Assembly: GCA_965224025.1 (NCBI GenBank)
Contig: OZ245033.1
Location: forward strand, 1,280,001 to 1,344,000
Length of the DNA stretch: 64,000 nucleotides
From: Candidatus Multivorans sp.
Lineage (GTDB): Bacteria > Acidobacteriota > Thermoanaerobaculia > Multivoradales > Multivoraceae
Direction of reading: 5' to 3'
Shown: positions 33,192-42,793 of the stretch, piece by piece
How positions within the stretch are numbered: position 1 is the stretch's first letter
Layout: each line of letters begins with the position of its first letter
Notes under the pieces: model-generated
The model's input: the letters and a program-made list of their open reading frames with translations, nothing else
Databases searched by the model: none
Told to the model about the DNA's origin: nothing
Program-made: the position numbers and the translations under genes

Positions 33192-35644
33192 CAGGCGCAA
33201 TACGCCCGGATGCCGTGGTTCTGCTCCTGACACGGACCTCCAGCGATGGAACAGCAGGGGGTCTGCTGCCGAGCGTTCGCGGGATGACGATCGTTGTCGA
33301 CCACCCCCGCTACGAGCGGTTCGTCGGTACCTACGACGACGGGCGTCCACCGGCGACGATCCGGCTAGGACCTGGCCGGTTTTTGGAGGGGAAGGTCGTC
33401 TCGGCCGACGGCAACGAGGCTGCCGGAGCTACTGTCTGCGTGCGCTGGGAAGACGAAAGAACTCCACCCCCCGTAGACGTTGTACGCCGATGCACTGATG
33501 CGGACGAGGACGGCCGGTTCGTGGTATCCGGTCTGTCGGCGTTCACTGAAGCCGAGGTCGTGGCAGAGGTTGAAGGTCATGGCCGCGCCACGAGAAACAC
33601 TGGCGGCATCCCCTGGCCAGAACAGCCGATCCTTCTCGGGCTGGCCGCCGAGGCGACCAGCGATGAGGCGGCGATCCTAGCTGCCAGGTCGGGCAGCGTC
33701 CGGGTGCAGGTGCTTTCCGCTGCCGGGGCTCCCGTTGATCGTTTCGAGATGCGGGTCTTGGTCAAACGGCCCCGTTCCCACTCCCTTTTTCACAGGGAGG
33801 CCGAGCAGGGTACGTCTCCCGTGGTCGTCCCGATTCCCGGCGAAATTGGGCAAAGTGATCTTCTGCAGATCCACTTTCAGGCGGGGAATCATCTCCTGTC
33901 AGACGCCTACCGCCTGTACCCGAATCCGGGCCGCGTCATGGACCTCGGCGTGGTCTATCTGGAGCCGGGTGCTGTCGTCACTGGACGCCTGTTCGACGCT
34001 AGCGGTTCCCAACCCGTCGCTGGCTGCGTACTCGAGCTTGTACCGGCCGGAAGTGCGCGGATCCTGCACCGCCTGCGAGGCAGACAGCACGTTACGGTCT
34101 CAGACGGCGAGGGCGGCTTCCTGCTCGGCGGGCTGACCGAGGGAAGGTACTACCTTCGCACAGAGTGCAGGACGGGACCGACCACCGCCAGACTCATCGC
34201 CCTCGACGACTCAGAACGTGCCGATCTCGGGGAGATCTGGATGCCCGGGGCGCGCACAGTTCTGGTTAGAGCGCACGGGGCTGACAGCGGCACCGTTCAC
34301 GTTATGGACCGCTTCCGTGAGCTTGAAACTCCTCTGACGATGGCCTTTCTCCAACCGACAGGTAGGGAGAACCGCGGCGCTCCTTCGTTCGCGGAGGTCT
34401 ACCTAGCGCCCGGTCGCTACCGGATCGACCTTCGGAATTTCGCTGGCGAGCTCGTGGTGTCGAAGGAGATTCAGGTCGATGCCTACGGTTCTGCCGACCG
34501 CGTCGAGGTGGACGTGGAGTATCGACAGCGCACTATCAGGAGCGTCTTGACGGTGGATGGCGCCCCGGTGAGTGGGGGATTCGTCCGTTTCGAGCGGATT
34601 CTGGGGTCAAGGGCGGCCGCGGGAGTCATGCAGATCAATGCCCAGCGAGGCGGCGCGATCACACACACGACGATGTTACGGCCAGGCAGCGCTTCCGTAC
34701 ACCAAGCGGAGGTGGCAGCGAACGGTTCTTTCGCGGTGGAGGGAGCGCCCGACGAGTTCTCGTGGATGACGTGGTTCGCTCCGGGCGGACAAAGCCGTGT
34801 CGGTCGGATCTGGCCTGATCAGCCTCTCTCTCAATTCGAGTTGGGCGGGGTCTCCGTGGTCACCGGAGAACTGCGGCCAGCGGCGGGCCGCACCCTCACG
34901 CAAGCTAGTGTCGTCCTGATCGGCGATCTTGGTCTTGAAGTCGCCGGCACCTCCACAGAAGAGAACGGGTACTTCGCCCTGCCTCCGGTACCGCCGGGTC
35001 GCTATCGTCTGCGGGCCAACACCGGAGCAGGCCTTGCCACCGCAGAACTCATGCTGAACGCGGACGAACGGCCTCCGTTCCAGATCCTGCAGGCCGACGA
35101 GGACGGCGTCGGTGCGGTTGAGGTTCGGCTGGCTACTCCAGGCACTCCCTTGGTCGGCGCATGGATGCATGTCCTAGGCTCGGACGACACCCTCGCCGCC
35201 ACCCGCCTCGTCGTCGAAGACGGCGTTTTCCGAGCCGAGAATGTGCCAGCGGGCGAGGTTACGGTCCTGTGGAATCATGGCGGCGCCTGTGTCGGCGCCG
35301 ACAAGGTAGAACTGGAAGCTGGCCGGGCCGCACGATTGGATCGCACCCTGCACATGGGACGGCTACTGGAACTCCGGTGCTCCGACCGGAGTTGTTCGGG
35401 CGAAACTCTAGCCTTGGTCCGGCTGACCACGGAAGCAGGCGTCAAAGTCGCCCATCACCTGACAGGAGCATTGCCTGGCACGACGTTCTCGGATGACGGT
35501 CGCGTGGGCCTGGGCTGTTTGACTCCGGGTGCCTACACCGTCTCGCTCTGGGCGGACGAACGGCGCTGGGATGCGGAGTTCGAGATCGATCCGGGCCCCG
35601 AAGAGACTCCGGTGATTGTCACGATCCGGCCGTCGGCCGGTTAG
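33191..35644 (+). pseudogene. Carboxypeptidase-regulatory-like (Ig/prealbumin-fold) repeat protein; 3' part of the interrupted gene
   Basis: Repeated G.V...G..V.GA.V / TD.DGRF...L..G.Y.L motifs; no own signal peptide; in frame with 31605-32051 after IS630 removal. Confidence 0.7.
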
Positions 35645-35771
35645 CTGTGAGCGCATCCCTTCTATTCTCTGACCAATCGCGAACGGCACCTGCGGCCCTT
35701 CCCCTCGGAGCCTAAAACTAAGCGGACGGGGGAAGCCGACGCCAAGACGCCAGCTCGGTGACCCCGACGCG

Positions 35772-36047
35772 CTACGCCGGTTCGCCGATCGTGTCGAAGT
35801 CGAGCCGGCTGGCCGGGTCGGCGTCGGCCGGGAAGAGGAAGTCCTTCATGTGGCGGGAGAGGGTCGCCTGGGCTTCCGGTTCCATGAAGTTCAGGCGCAG
35901 TTCGTTGATCACCTTGATCTCCATCGCCATCCATTCGTCCCAGCAGCCGGCGCAGACGCGGGCGGCAATCTCTTCGCCGAGGGAACCGGGAAGCGGCGGA
36001 TCGCCGAGGGCTTCCCGCTCCTGGCCGCAGCGGGCGCAGACGATCAT
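35772..36047 (-). CDS. Fe(II)-trafficking / oxidative damage protection protein (YggX-like)
   Basis: PPLPGSLGEEI, VCAGCWDEW, KVINELRLN, MKDFLF. Confidence 0.85.
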   Translation of the reverse strand: MIVCARCGQEREALGDPPLPGSLGEEIAARVCAGCWDEWMAMEIKVINELRLNFMEPEAQATLSRHMKDFLFPADADPASRLDFDTIGEPA

Positions 36048-37204
36048 CGGTCTTCCTCCGACGGGCCCGGTCCGGCGTCCGGGACCGCGTCCTGGGCTTC
36101 CTTGTAGCGCTTCTTGATCCCCGCCTTCTGACGGTTGCGGACCAGCCAGCGCAGCAGCCTCGATTCGTTGATGCCGACCACGAGATCGTCGAGCGCCTCG
36201 TAGATCGCGGGGTCGTTGATCAGCCTGGCCGCCGTACCGTCGCCCTCGGAGACTTGCTCCAGCGTGGAGTTCAGACGCTTCAGGAGTAGCTCCACCTCGG
36301 TGGTCAGCGATTCGCTGAGTTCCTCGTCGTTCAGCAGCCGGGGCAGCAGCCCTTCGGCATTGCGCAGATCCGCGGCGATGGCGCGCAGATCGGCGGCGGC
36401 GACCTCCGTGTCGGCCATGGTCGATTCGAACCGGGTCTTCAGTTCGGCGTCGTGGAGCAGCGCCGGCGCCAGACCGTCGCCTTCCCGCAGCAGGGTCAGG
36501 GTCTCGTCGATGCTGTCCAGGGACGAAGCGAGCTGGTCGCCCATCTCCTCGTCCGTCAGCAGGCGGCCGAGCACTCCCTCGCCGGCCTCTACGCGGCTGG
36601 TCAATCGGTCGATGGACTCCAGGGTGTGGATCACGGTGTCGGTGATCCGTTTGTTTTCCCTCCCGGTGACCAACTCGCCGAGCAGCCCTTCGCCCCGCTC
36701 CATGCGGCCGAGGACCGTCGACAGCGAGTGGGCAGTCAGGACGATGTGATCGACCACGTCGGCGCCACTGGCAATCAGATCGTCGACATCGGTGGGCAGT
36801 GCGGCAGGGATCTCCTCGCCCGGGTTGAGGAGCACCGCGCCGGGGGAGCCCGATGTGATCTCGACGTACTTGTCGCCGAGCAGTCCCAGGGTCTTGATTC
36901 TGGCCAGGGAGTCGCGGCGCAGCCGATTCGCGTACCGGCGTTCGACGCTGATCCGCACTTCCAGCATCTCGCTTTCCGGCCGCTCGCTCAGCAGGATGCG
37001 GTCCACCTTCCCGACGGTGACGCCGTTCAACTGGACCGGGTTGTCCTCCGCCAGGCCCGCGGCGGTGGGGAACATGATGCGGTAGGTGTTGCTGGCACGG
37101 AACAGGAAGCTCTGATCGCCGATGGCGAGGATGAAGCCGGCCAGGACGACGAGCGCGCCCAGCACGGTCAGGCCCACCTTGGTTGTGTTGGAATCACGTT
37201 GCAT
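36044..37204 (-). CDS. MlaD/MCE-family protein
   Basis: KVGL TM, AAGL..PVQLNGVTVGKV, GLLGDKYVEI, helical GEG.LG repeats. Confidence 0.93.
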   Translation of the reverse strand: MQRDSNTTKVGLTVLGALVVLAGFILAIGDQSFLFRASNTYRIMFPTAAGLAEDNPVQLNGVTVGKVDRILLSERPESEMLEVRISVERRYANRLRRDSLARIKTLGLLGDKYVEITSGSPGAVLLNPGEEIPAALPTDVDDLIASGADVVDHIVLTAHSLSTVLGRMERGEGLLGELVTGRENKRITDTVIHTLESIDRLTSRVEAGEGVLGRLLTDEEMGDQLASSLDSIDETLTLLREGDGLAPALLHDAELKTRFESTMADTEVAAADLRAIAADLRNAEGLLPRLLNDEELSESLTTEVELLLKRLNSTLEQVSEGDGTAARLINDPAIYEALDDLVVGINESRLLRWLVRNRQKAGIKKRYKEAQDAVPDAGPGPSEEDR

Positions 37205-37994
37205 CGATGTCCTCCTCTACGGACGGTTGCCGACCTTCCAGGAACGCCCTGAGCGCCGGGTCCGCGCTTCGTTCGGCCTGCTCCCAGGCGCCGATGAATC
37301 GGAACCGGCCCCCGTCCAGGAGAGCTACCCGGTCGCCCACGTCGCGGGCCAGCCGCAGGTCGTGGGTGACCACCACCGAGGTGGTGCCGAACTCTCCCTG
37401 GGTACTTCGGATCAGACTGGAAATCGTCGCCGAGGTAACGGGATCGAGGCCCGCCGTCGGCTCGTCGAAGAGGACGACCTCGGGTTCCTGGACCAGGGAG
37501 CGAGCGAGCGCGACCCGCTTCTTCATGCCGCCGGACAGCGCGGCCGGCATGCGGTCTTCGATCCCTGACAAGCCCACCCACGCCAGGGCGCCGGCCACGC
37601 GCTCGCGGATCTCCTCCTCGCTCAACCGGTCGTGCTCGCGGAGAGGGAAGGCGACGTTCTCGAGCACGTCGATCGAGTCGAAGAGGGCCGCCGACTGGAA
37701 CAGCATCGCGATCCGCCGCCGCAGCGGGTACAACTGCCGCTCGGTCAACTGGACGAGATCCGTTCCCTCGAACAGAACCTCGCCGGCCTCGGCTTCGTCG
37801 AGCCCGTTGAGCTGCCGCAGGGCGAGGCTCTTGCCGGAACCGGAGCGGCCGAGAACGACCAGACACTCGCCGCGCATGACCTCGAAGTCCAGGTTGTCGA
37901 GGACGGCGCGGTCGCCGAATCGACGGCAGAGCCCGCGGACGACGTAGAGCGCCCGGTCACGGTTGGGTTGCGTCCGCTGGTCAGGCAAGGACAT
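37194..37994 (-). CDS. MlaF-like ABC ATPase
   Basis: GRSGSGKS, FQSAALFDS, LSGGMKKRVALAR, DEPTAGLDP. Confidence 0.93.
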   Translation of the reverse strand: MSLPDQRTQPNRDRALYVVRGLCRRFGDRAVLDNLDFEVMRGECLVVLGRSGSGKSLALRQLNGLDEAEAGEVLFEGTDLVQLTERQLYPLRRRIAMLFQSAALFDSIDVLENVAFPLREHDRLSEEEIRERVAGALAWVGLSGIEDRMPAALSGGMKKRVALARSLVQEPEVVLFDEPTAGLDPVTSATISSLIRSTQGEFGTTSVVVTHDLRLARDVGDRVALLDGGRFRFIGAWEQAERSADPALRAFLEGRQPSVEEDIDAT

Positions 37995-38760
37995 GAAACA
38001 GCTTCGTCAGAAAAAAATCAGACACCAGCACCATGATCGATGCCCAGACGACGGTTCTGGTGGTGGCGCGCCCCACGCCCTCGGCGCCGCCGGTTGCCGT
38101 CAGGCCGTTGTAACAACCGATGACGGCGATGAAACAGGCGAAGAACACCGACTTGCCCAGACCGTTCAGGACGTCGCCCAGGGTCAGGGCCTGGAGGACG
38201 TCGTTGACGTAGAGGCCGTAGGACAGGTTCAACTGGTTCGTGGCGATGAACAGGCCGCCGAGGATGCCCAGGAAGTCGCCCAGGATGGTGAGCACGGGGA
38301 GCATGATCAGGCTGGCGGCGAGCTTCGGCACCACCAGTTTCTTGACCGGATCGGCTGCCATGGAGCGCATCGCGTCGACCTGCTCGGTGACCTTCATCGT
38401 GCCCAGTTCCGCAGTCATGCCGGAACCGATCCGCCCGCCGACGATGAGCGCGACGAGTACCGGTCCGAGTTCCCGGGTCAGCGACTTGGAGACGACGCTT
38501 CCGATGTAGTACTTGACCCCCAGCTCGGGCAGGCTGTACGCGGTCTGCAGGGCCAGCACCATGCCGGTGAACAACGTGGTGACCGCGGCCACTCCGAGCG
38601 AGCTGACGCCGAGGTGTTCCATCTGATGAAGCCATGACCGAAACTCGTAAGGTGGCCTGACCAGGGCCGTCAGACCTCGACCGGCCAGCAGCGACACCGC
38701 GCCGACATGGCGCAGCGGCGCCGCAAAATCGAACAGAATCCTGGGTGCATCCTGTTGCAT
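37981..38760 (-). CDS. MlaE-like ABC permease
   Basis: RELGPVL, AELGTMKVTEQVDA, GAEGVGRATT. Confidence 0.94.
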   Translation of the reverse strand: MQQDAPRILFDFAAPLRHVGAVSLLAGRGLTALVRPPYEFRSWLHQMEHLGVSSLGVAAVTTLFTGMVLALQTAYSLPELGVKYYIGSVVSKSLTRELGPVLVALIVGGRIGSGMTAELGTMKVTEQVDAMRSMAADPVKKLVVPKLAASLIMLPVLTILGDFLGILGGLFIATNQLNLSYGLYVNDVLQALTLGDVLNGLGKSVFFACFIAVIGCYNGLTATGGAEGVGRATTRTVVWASIMVLVSDFFLTKLFHVLA

Positions 38761-38836
38761 CAGCCCGCGGGGCAAGTTCTTCGCGCTCGTCGTGTTCGCG
38801 GCGCGTGCTTGGTGTTAGCTTCCCCTCCTGACAGCG

Positions 38837-39721
38837 TTGAGCAGAACCTTGTCGAATCGGAATCCTACCGCCGCAGGCCCGGAACATGGCCCGAGTTCGT
38901 ACTTGGGCGAGGCATCGCGCCTGGTGGAGGGGAAGGCCCCGGGGCCGTCGTCGTCGCAGCCGCCGGTGTGGGCGGCGGCGGTGGCGACCGTCACCGGCAA
39001 CCTGTACCTGGTCTTCGGCAGCGCCGTGATGGGGGTCGCCGTGGCCGTCGCCTCCTGGCTGCCGGGCCGCGACTGGGCCGGATTGATGGCGCGGTTCTGG
39101 GCTCGGGGGCTGCTCGTGACGGGCGGCGTCCGTCTGCGCCTCAACTACGCCGGCGGCGACTACGCGACCTGGCGCGCGGCAACCCAAGGCCGTCCGCTCG
39201 TGTACATGGCGAACCACAGGAGCCTGTACGACATTGCCGCCCTGCTCGCGATTCTGGACTCGCCGGTTCGCATCCTGACCAAGCGCAGTCTGTTCCGGCT
39301 CCCCTTCTTCGGCTGGGGGCTCAAGGCGGCGGGTTTCGTGCCGGTGGACCGTCATGATCGCAGCCGCGCCGCCGAGACGTTCGTCGTCGCCGGCAAGCTG
39401 TTGGCCTCGAATGTCTCTTTGGTCGTGTTCCCCGAGGAGACGCGGAGTTCCGGGCCCCGGATGAGGCCGTTTCAGCGCGGCGGGTTCCTGCTGGCTCTCA
39501 AGGGGCGGGCCCCGGTCGCTCCGATCGGCATCCGGGGCACCGGGCGCATCCGGCGCAAGGGAGCGCTGGTGGTGCGGCCGGCCACCGTCGAGGTGTCCTT
39601 CGGCGAAGTGCGCGATCCGGCCACCGTGGGAGTGCGGGGACGGCGGACGTTCATGCTGGATGTCGAGCGGCGCGTCGGCCGGTTGGCGGGCCTCGAGACA
39701 GCGGGAGAAGGCGTTGGCTGA
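38837..39721 (+). CDS. plsC: 1-acyl-sn-glycerol-3-phosphate acyltransferase (start uncertain)
   Basis: NHRSLYD, VFPEETRS (variant of FPEGTRS), FQRGGF. Confidence 0.85.
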   Translation: MSRTLSNRNPTAAGPEHGPSSYLGEASRLVEGKAPGPSSSQPPVWAAAVATVTGNLYLVFGSAVMGVAVAVASWLPGRDWAGLMARFWARGLLVTGGVRLRLNYAGGDYATWRAATQGRPLVYMANHRSLYDIAALLAILDSPVRILTKRSLFRLPFFGWGLKAAGFVPVDRHDRSRAAETFVVAGKLLASNVSLVVFPEETRSSGPRMRPFQRGGFLLALKGRAPVAPIGIRGTGRIRRKGALVVRPATVEVSFGEVRDPATVGVRGRRTFMLDVERRVGRLAGLETAGEGVG

Positions 39722-40787
39722 AGCGATCGAGAACAGGGTCCGCGAGTGCCTCCGGACGATCACCTTCCCGGGCATGAAGCGCGACATCGTCTCATTCGGT
39801 TTCGTGCAACGGGTCGGTGTGAGCGGTGGCGACGTGGTGGTCGATCTGCGTGTCCCGACCCGCGACGCCGACGCTGCCAGGGAGATCCGGCGCCGCATCG
39901 TCGATGCCGTGGGCTCGCTCGACGGCGTTTCGAACGTGCAGGTCTCGCTGGAAGTGGCGACGGCGCCCGCTCCGGCGACGGCGCGCGACCCGTCCCTCCT
40001 GCCGGGAGTCTCCCACGTCGTGGCGGTGGCGAGCGGTAAGGGCGGCGTCGGCAAGTCGACCGTGGCGACGAACCTGAGCGCGGCGATGGCGGCCGCCGGG
40101 CTGCGGGTCGGATTGCTCGACGCGGACATCTACGGCCCCTCGATCCCGCTGATGTTCGGCATCAACCGCCGGCCCGAGATCGTGGACGGCAAGATCCAGC
40201 CCTTCGAGCGCCACGGCGTGCGCGTCATGTCGCTCGGCTTCCTCCTCGATCCGGATACGCCGGTGATCTGGCGGGGGCCGATGGTGATGAAGGCGCTCGG
40301 GCAACTGCTGGGCGACGTGGTCTGGGGCGAACTCGACTACCTGCTGCTCGACCTGCCTCCCGGCACCGGCGATGCGGCGCTCACCCTGTCGCAGAAGTTG
40401 CCCATGTCCGGCGCCCTGATCGTTTCGACACCCCAGGACGTGGCCCTGATCGACGCGCGCAAGGGGCTCGCCATGTTCCGCAAGGTCGAGGTTCCAGTGC
40501 TGGGCATGGTCGAGAACATGTCCACCTTCGTCTGCCCCCATTGCGGTGAGACGACGGACATCTTCAAGCGGGGAGGCGTCGAGCGCACCGCGGAGCTGCT
40601 CGACTGCGAAGTCCTGGGGGCGATTCCGCTCGACGGCGCGCTGGTGCGGGGCAGCGACGCCGGTGTGCCGGTCGTCGTCTCGGCGCCCGACGGGGCGCAT
40701 GCCGGCATCTTCCAGGACCTCGTCGGGGCGGTTGAGCGCCGGCTCATGGAACTGGCTTCCGCTCGACCGACCTTGACGATCGTCTAG
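39714..40787 (+). CDS. mrp: Mrp/NBP35 Fe-S carrier ATPase
   Basis: SGKGGVGKST, DADIYGPS, WRGPM, DLPPGTGD, ENMS..CPHC. Confidence 0.96.
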   Translation: MAEAIENRVRECLRTITFPGMKRDIVSFGFVQRVGVSGGDVVVDLRVPTRDADAAREIRRRIVDAVGSLDGVSNVQVSLEVATAPAPATARDPSLLPGVSHVVAVASGKGGVGKSTVATNLSAAMAAAGLRVGLLDADIYGPSIPLMFGINRRPEIVDGKIQPFERHGVRVMSLGFLLDPDTPVIWRGPMVMKALGQLLGDVVWGELDYLLLDLPPGTGDAALTLSQKLPMSGALIVSTPQDVALIDARKGLAMFRKVEVPVLGMVENMSTFVCPHCGETTDIFKRGGVERTAELLDCEVLGAIPLDGALVRGSDAGVPVVVSAPDGAHAGIFQDLVGAVERRLMELASARPTLTIV

Positions 40788-40802
40788 CGAGCTGTTGGTC
40801 GA

Positions 40803-41480
40803 ATGCCTGTCGTTGTGGTCGCCGATGCGCACTTGGGCGGCCCCGGGGGGAGCGGCGAGGAGCTGGCTGATCAGCTCCGGGCGCTCGAGCCCGCCCGCTG
40901 TGCCCGGGTGTTGTTCCTCGGCGACCTGTTCCATTTCTGGATCGGGTCGCGTCGTTTCGAGACCCCGGAGGTGCGGCTGCTCGCGCCCGTGATCCGGGAT
41001 CTGAAGCGGCGCGGCATCCGGGTTTCCTACGTGGAGGGGAACCGGGATTTCTTCCTCGCCGGCGGCGAGTACGACGATCTCTTCGACGACTACGGCCTCG
41101 AAGTCCGCTTCGAGGCGGGCGGAGCGAGATACCTCGCCGTTCACGGCGACGGGTTGAATCGGCGCGATTGGCGCTACCGCTGCTGGCGCAGGCTGTCGAA
41201 GAACCCGGTCAGCCGCTGGTTGGCCTTCCGGTTGCCGTCCGGGCTCAGCCGTCGGCTCGTGACTTCGACCGAGCGGGGACTTTCGGGAACCAACCTGGAG
41301 CACAAGAAGCGGATCCCGGAGGGAGCTATCCGGCGCTACGCCGCCCGCCGTCTCGCGGAGGGCCACGACGTGCTCCTGCTCGGACACTTCCACGCCGCGC
41401 GGACGTGGCTTCAGGGCGGCGGCGAAGTGCGGATCGCGAATGCCTGGTTCGACGAAAGGGAGTTGCTGTGGCTGGGTTGA
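40803..41480 (+). CDS. lpxH: UDP-2,3-diacylglucosamine diphosphatase
   Basis: ADAHL, LGDLF, GNRDF, HGD, GHFH. Confidence 0.85.
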   Translation: MPVVVVADAHLGGPGGSGEELADQLRALEPARCARVLFLGDLFHFWIGSRRFETPEVRLLAPVIRDLKRRGIRVSYVEGNRDFFLAGGEYDDLFDDYGLEVRFEAGGARYLAVHGDGLNRRDWRYRCWRRLSKNPVSRWLAFRLPSGLSRRLVTSTERGLSGTNLEHKKRIPEGAIRRYAARRLAEGHDVLLLGHFHAARTWLQGGGEVRIANAWFDERELLWLG

Positions 41481-42793
41481 ATGAGTCCCTGCCGGACCCC
41501 TATCCGGTTCGGCGTGCCGACCGCGTGGGGGGAGTGGTCGAGCCTCCGGGTTCGAAGAGCATCTCGCATCGGGCGCTGAACCTGGCGTTGATCGGGCAGC
41601 GGCCCGCGACGATCGAGAACCTGCTTGAAGCCGAGGACATCGCCGCTTTCTCGGGCGCCCTCGAGCGCATGGGCTGGAGCCTCAGGCGCGTTTCCGGCGC
41701 CGAAGTGCGTGCCCTACCGCCGCGAGGCGGCCCAGCCGATTCGCCAGTGCGGCTGGACTGCCGCAGCGCGGGTACGCTGCTGCGGTTCCTTGTCGCGAGC
41801 TGCGCGGTGACGCCGGGCGAGTGGATCCTCGACGGGTCCCCGCGGCTGCGTGAACGACCGGTCGGACCGCTTCTCGCCGCTCTGCGCCAACTCGGCGCGA
41901 GCATCGACGAACTCGGTCGGCCGGGCTGCGCGCCGATCCGGATCCATGGCGGCGCTCTGGCCGGCGGGCTGGTCGAAATCGACGCGGGGGAGTCGAGTCA
42001 GTACGTGTCCGCGCTGCTCATGGCGGGACTGCGGGCGGAGAGGCCGATCCAACTTCTGGCGCCGTTTCTCGTCTCTAGTCCATATGTGGACACAACTCTT
42101 CAAGTCATGGCTGATTTCGGTTCTTCCGTAGGGTCCGGCGGCGCCGGCGGGGCGCGCGAATTCCGGATTGAACCCCACAGGCCGGAGGCGCCGGGTGGCC
42201 GCTACCGCGTCGCCGGCGACGACTCCGCGGCTGCCTACCCCGCGGCGGCGGCGGCGCTGTGCGGCGGCCGGGTGAGGCTGCGGGGCCTGGCGCCGGCGTC
42301 GACCCAGGGCGACCGCGCGTTCCTGGGGCTCCTCGAGCAGATGGGAGCGGTGGTGCTGGCGGCGCCAGGGGGGATTGAGGTCGAGGGCGACGGCGCCCTG
42401 ACCGCGCTCGACTGCGACCTCTCCGGGATGCCCGACCAGGTACCCACGCTTGCCGCGGTGGCCGCCTTTGCCGACGGCGTCACAACCATCCGCAATGTGG
42501 CGCACCTGCGGATCAAGGAGAGCGACCGCCTGGCCGCGATCGGAACCGAATTGCGGCGGGCGGGCGCCTCGGTCGAAGAGTTGCCGGACGGTTTGCGCAT
42601 CGAAGGGAATCCCGGTCTGACCGCGGCGCCGGGTTCGGCGCGCGTCTCGATCGATACCTACGACGACCACCGCATTGCGATGAGCATGGCGCTCGTGGGC
42701 CTTCGGCGGGGAGGGCTGTCGATTCGACGGCCGGCGGTGGTTGCCAAGTCCTACCCCGGCTTCTGGGGCGACCTCGAGGGAGTTGCACGATGA
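41477..42793 (+). CDS. aroA: 3-phosphoshikimate 1-carboxyvinyltransferase
   Basis: PPGSKSISHR, AGTLLRF, ESSQYVSAL, LRIKESDR, DDHRIAM, KSYP. Confidence 0.97.
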   Translation: MNESLPDPYPVRRADRVGGVVEPPGSKSISHRALNLALIGQRPATIENLLEAEDIAAFSGALERMGWSLRRVSGAEVRALPPRGGPADSPVRLDCRSAGTLLRFLVASCAVTPGEWILDGSPRLRERPVGPLLAALRQLGASIDELGRPGCAPIRIHGGALAGGLVEIDAGESSQYVSALLMAGLRAERPIQLLAPFLVSSPYVDTTLQVMADFGSSVGSGGAGGAREFRIEPHRPEAPGGRYRVAGDDSAAAYPAAAAALCGGRVRLRGLAPASTQGDRAFLGLLEQMGAVVLAAPGGIEVEGDGALTALDCDLSGMPDQVPTLAAVAAFADGVTTIRNVAHLRIKESDRLAAIGTELRRAGASVEELPDGLRIEGNPGLTAAPGSARVSIDTYDDHRIAMSMALVGLRRGGLSIRRPAVVAKSYPGFWGDLEGVAR

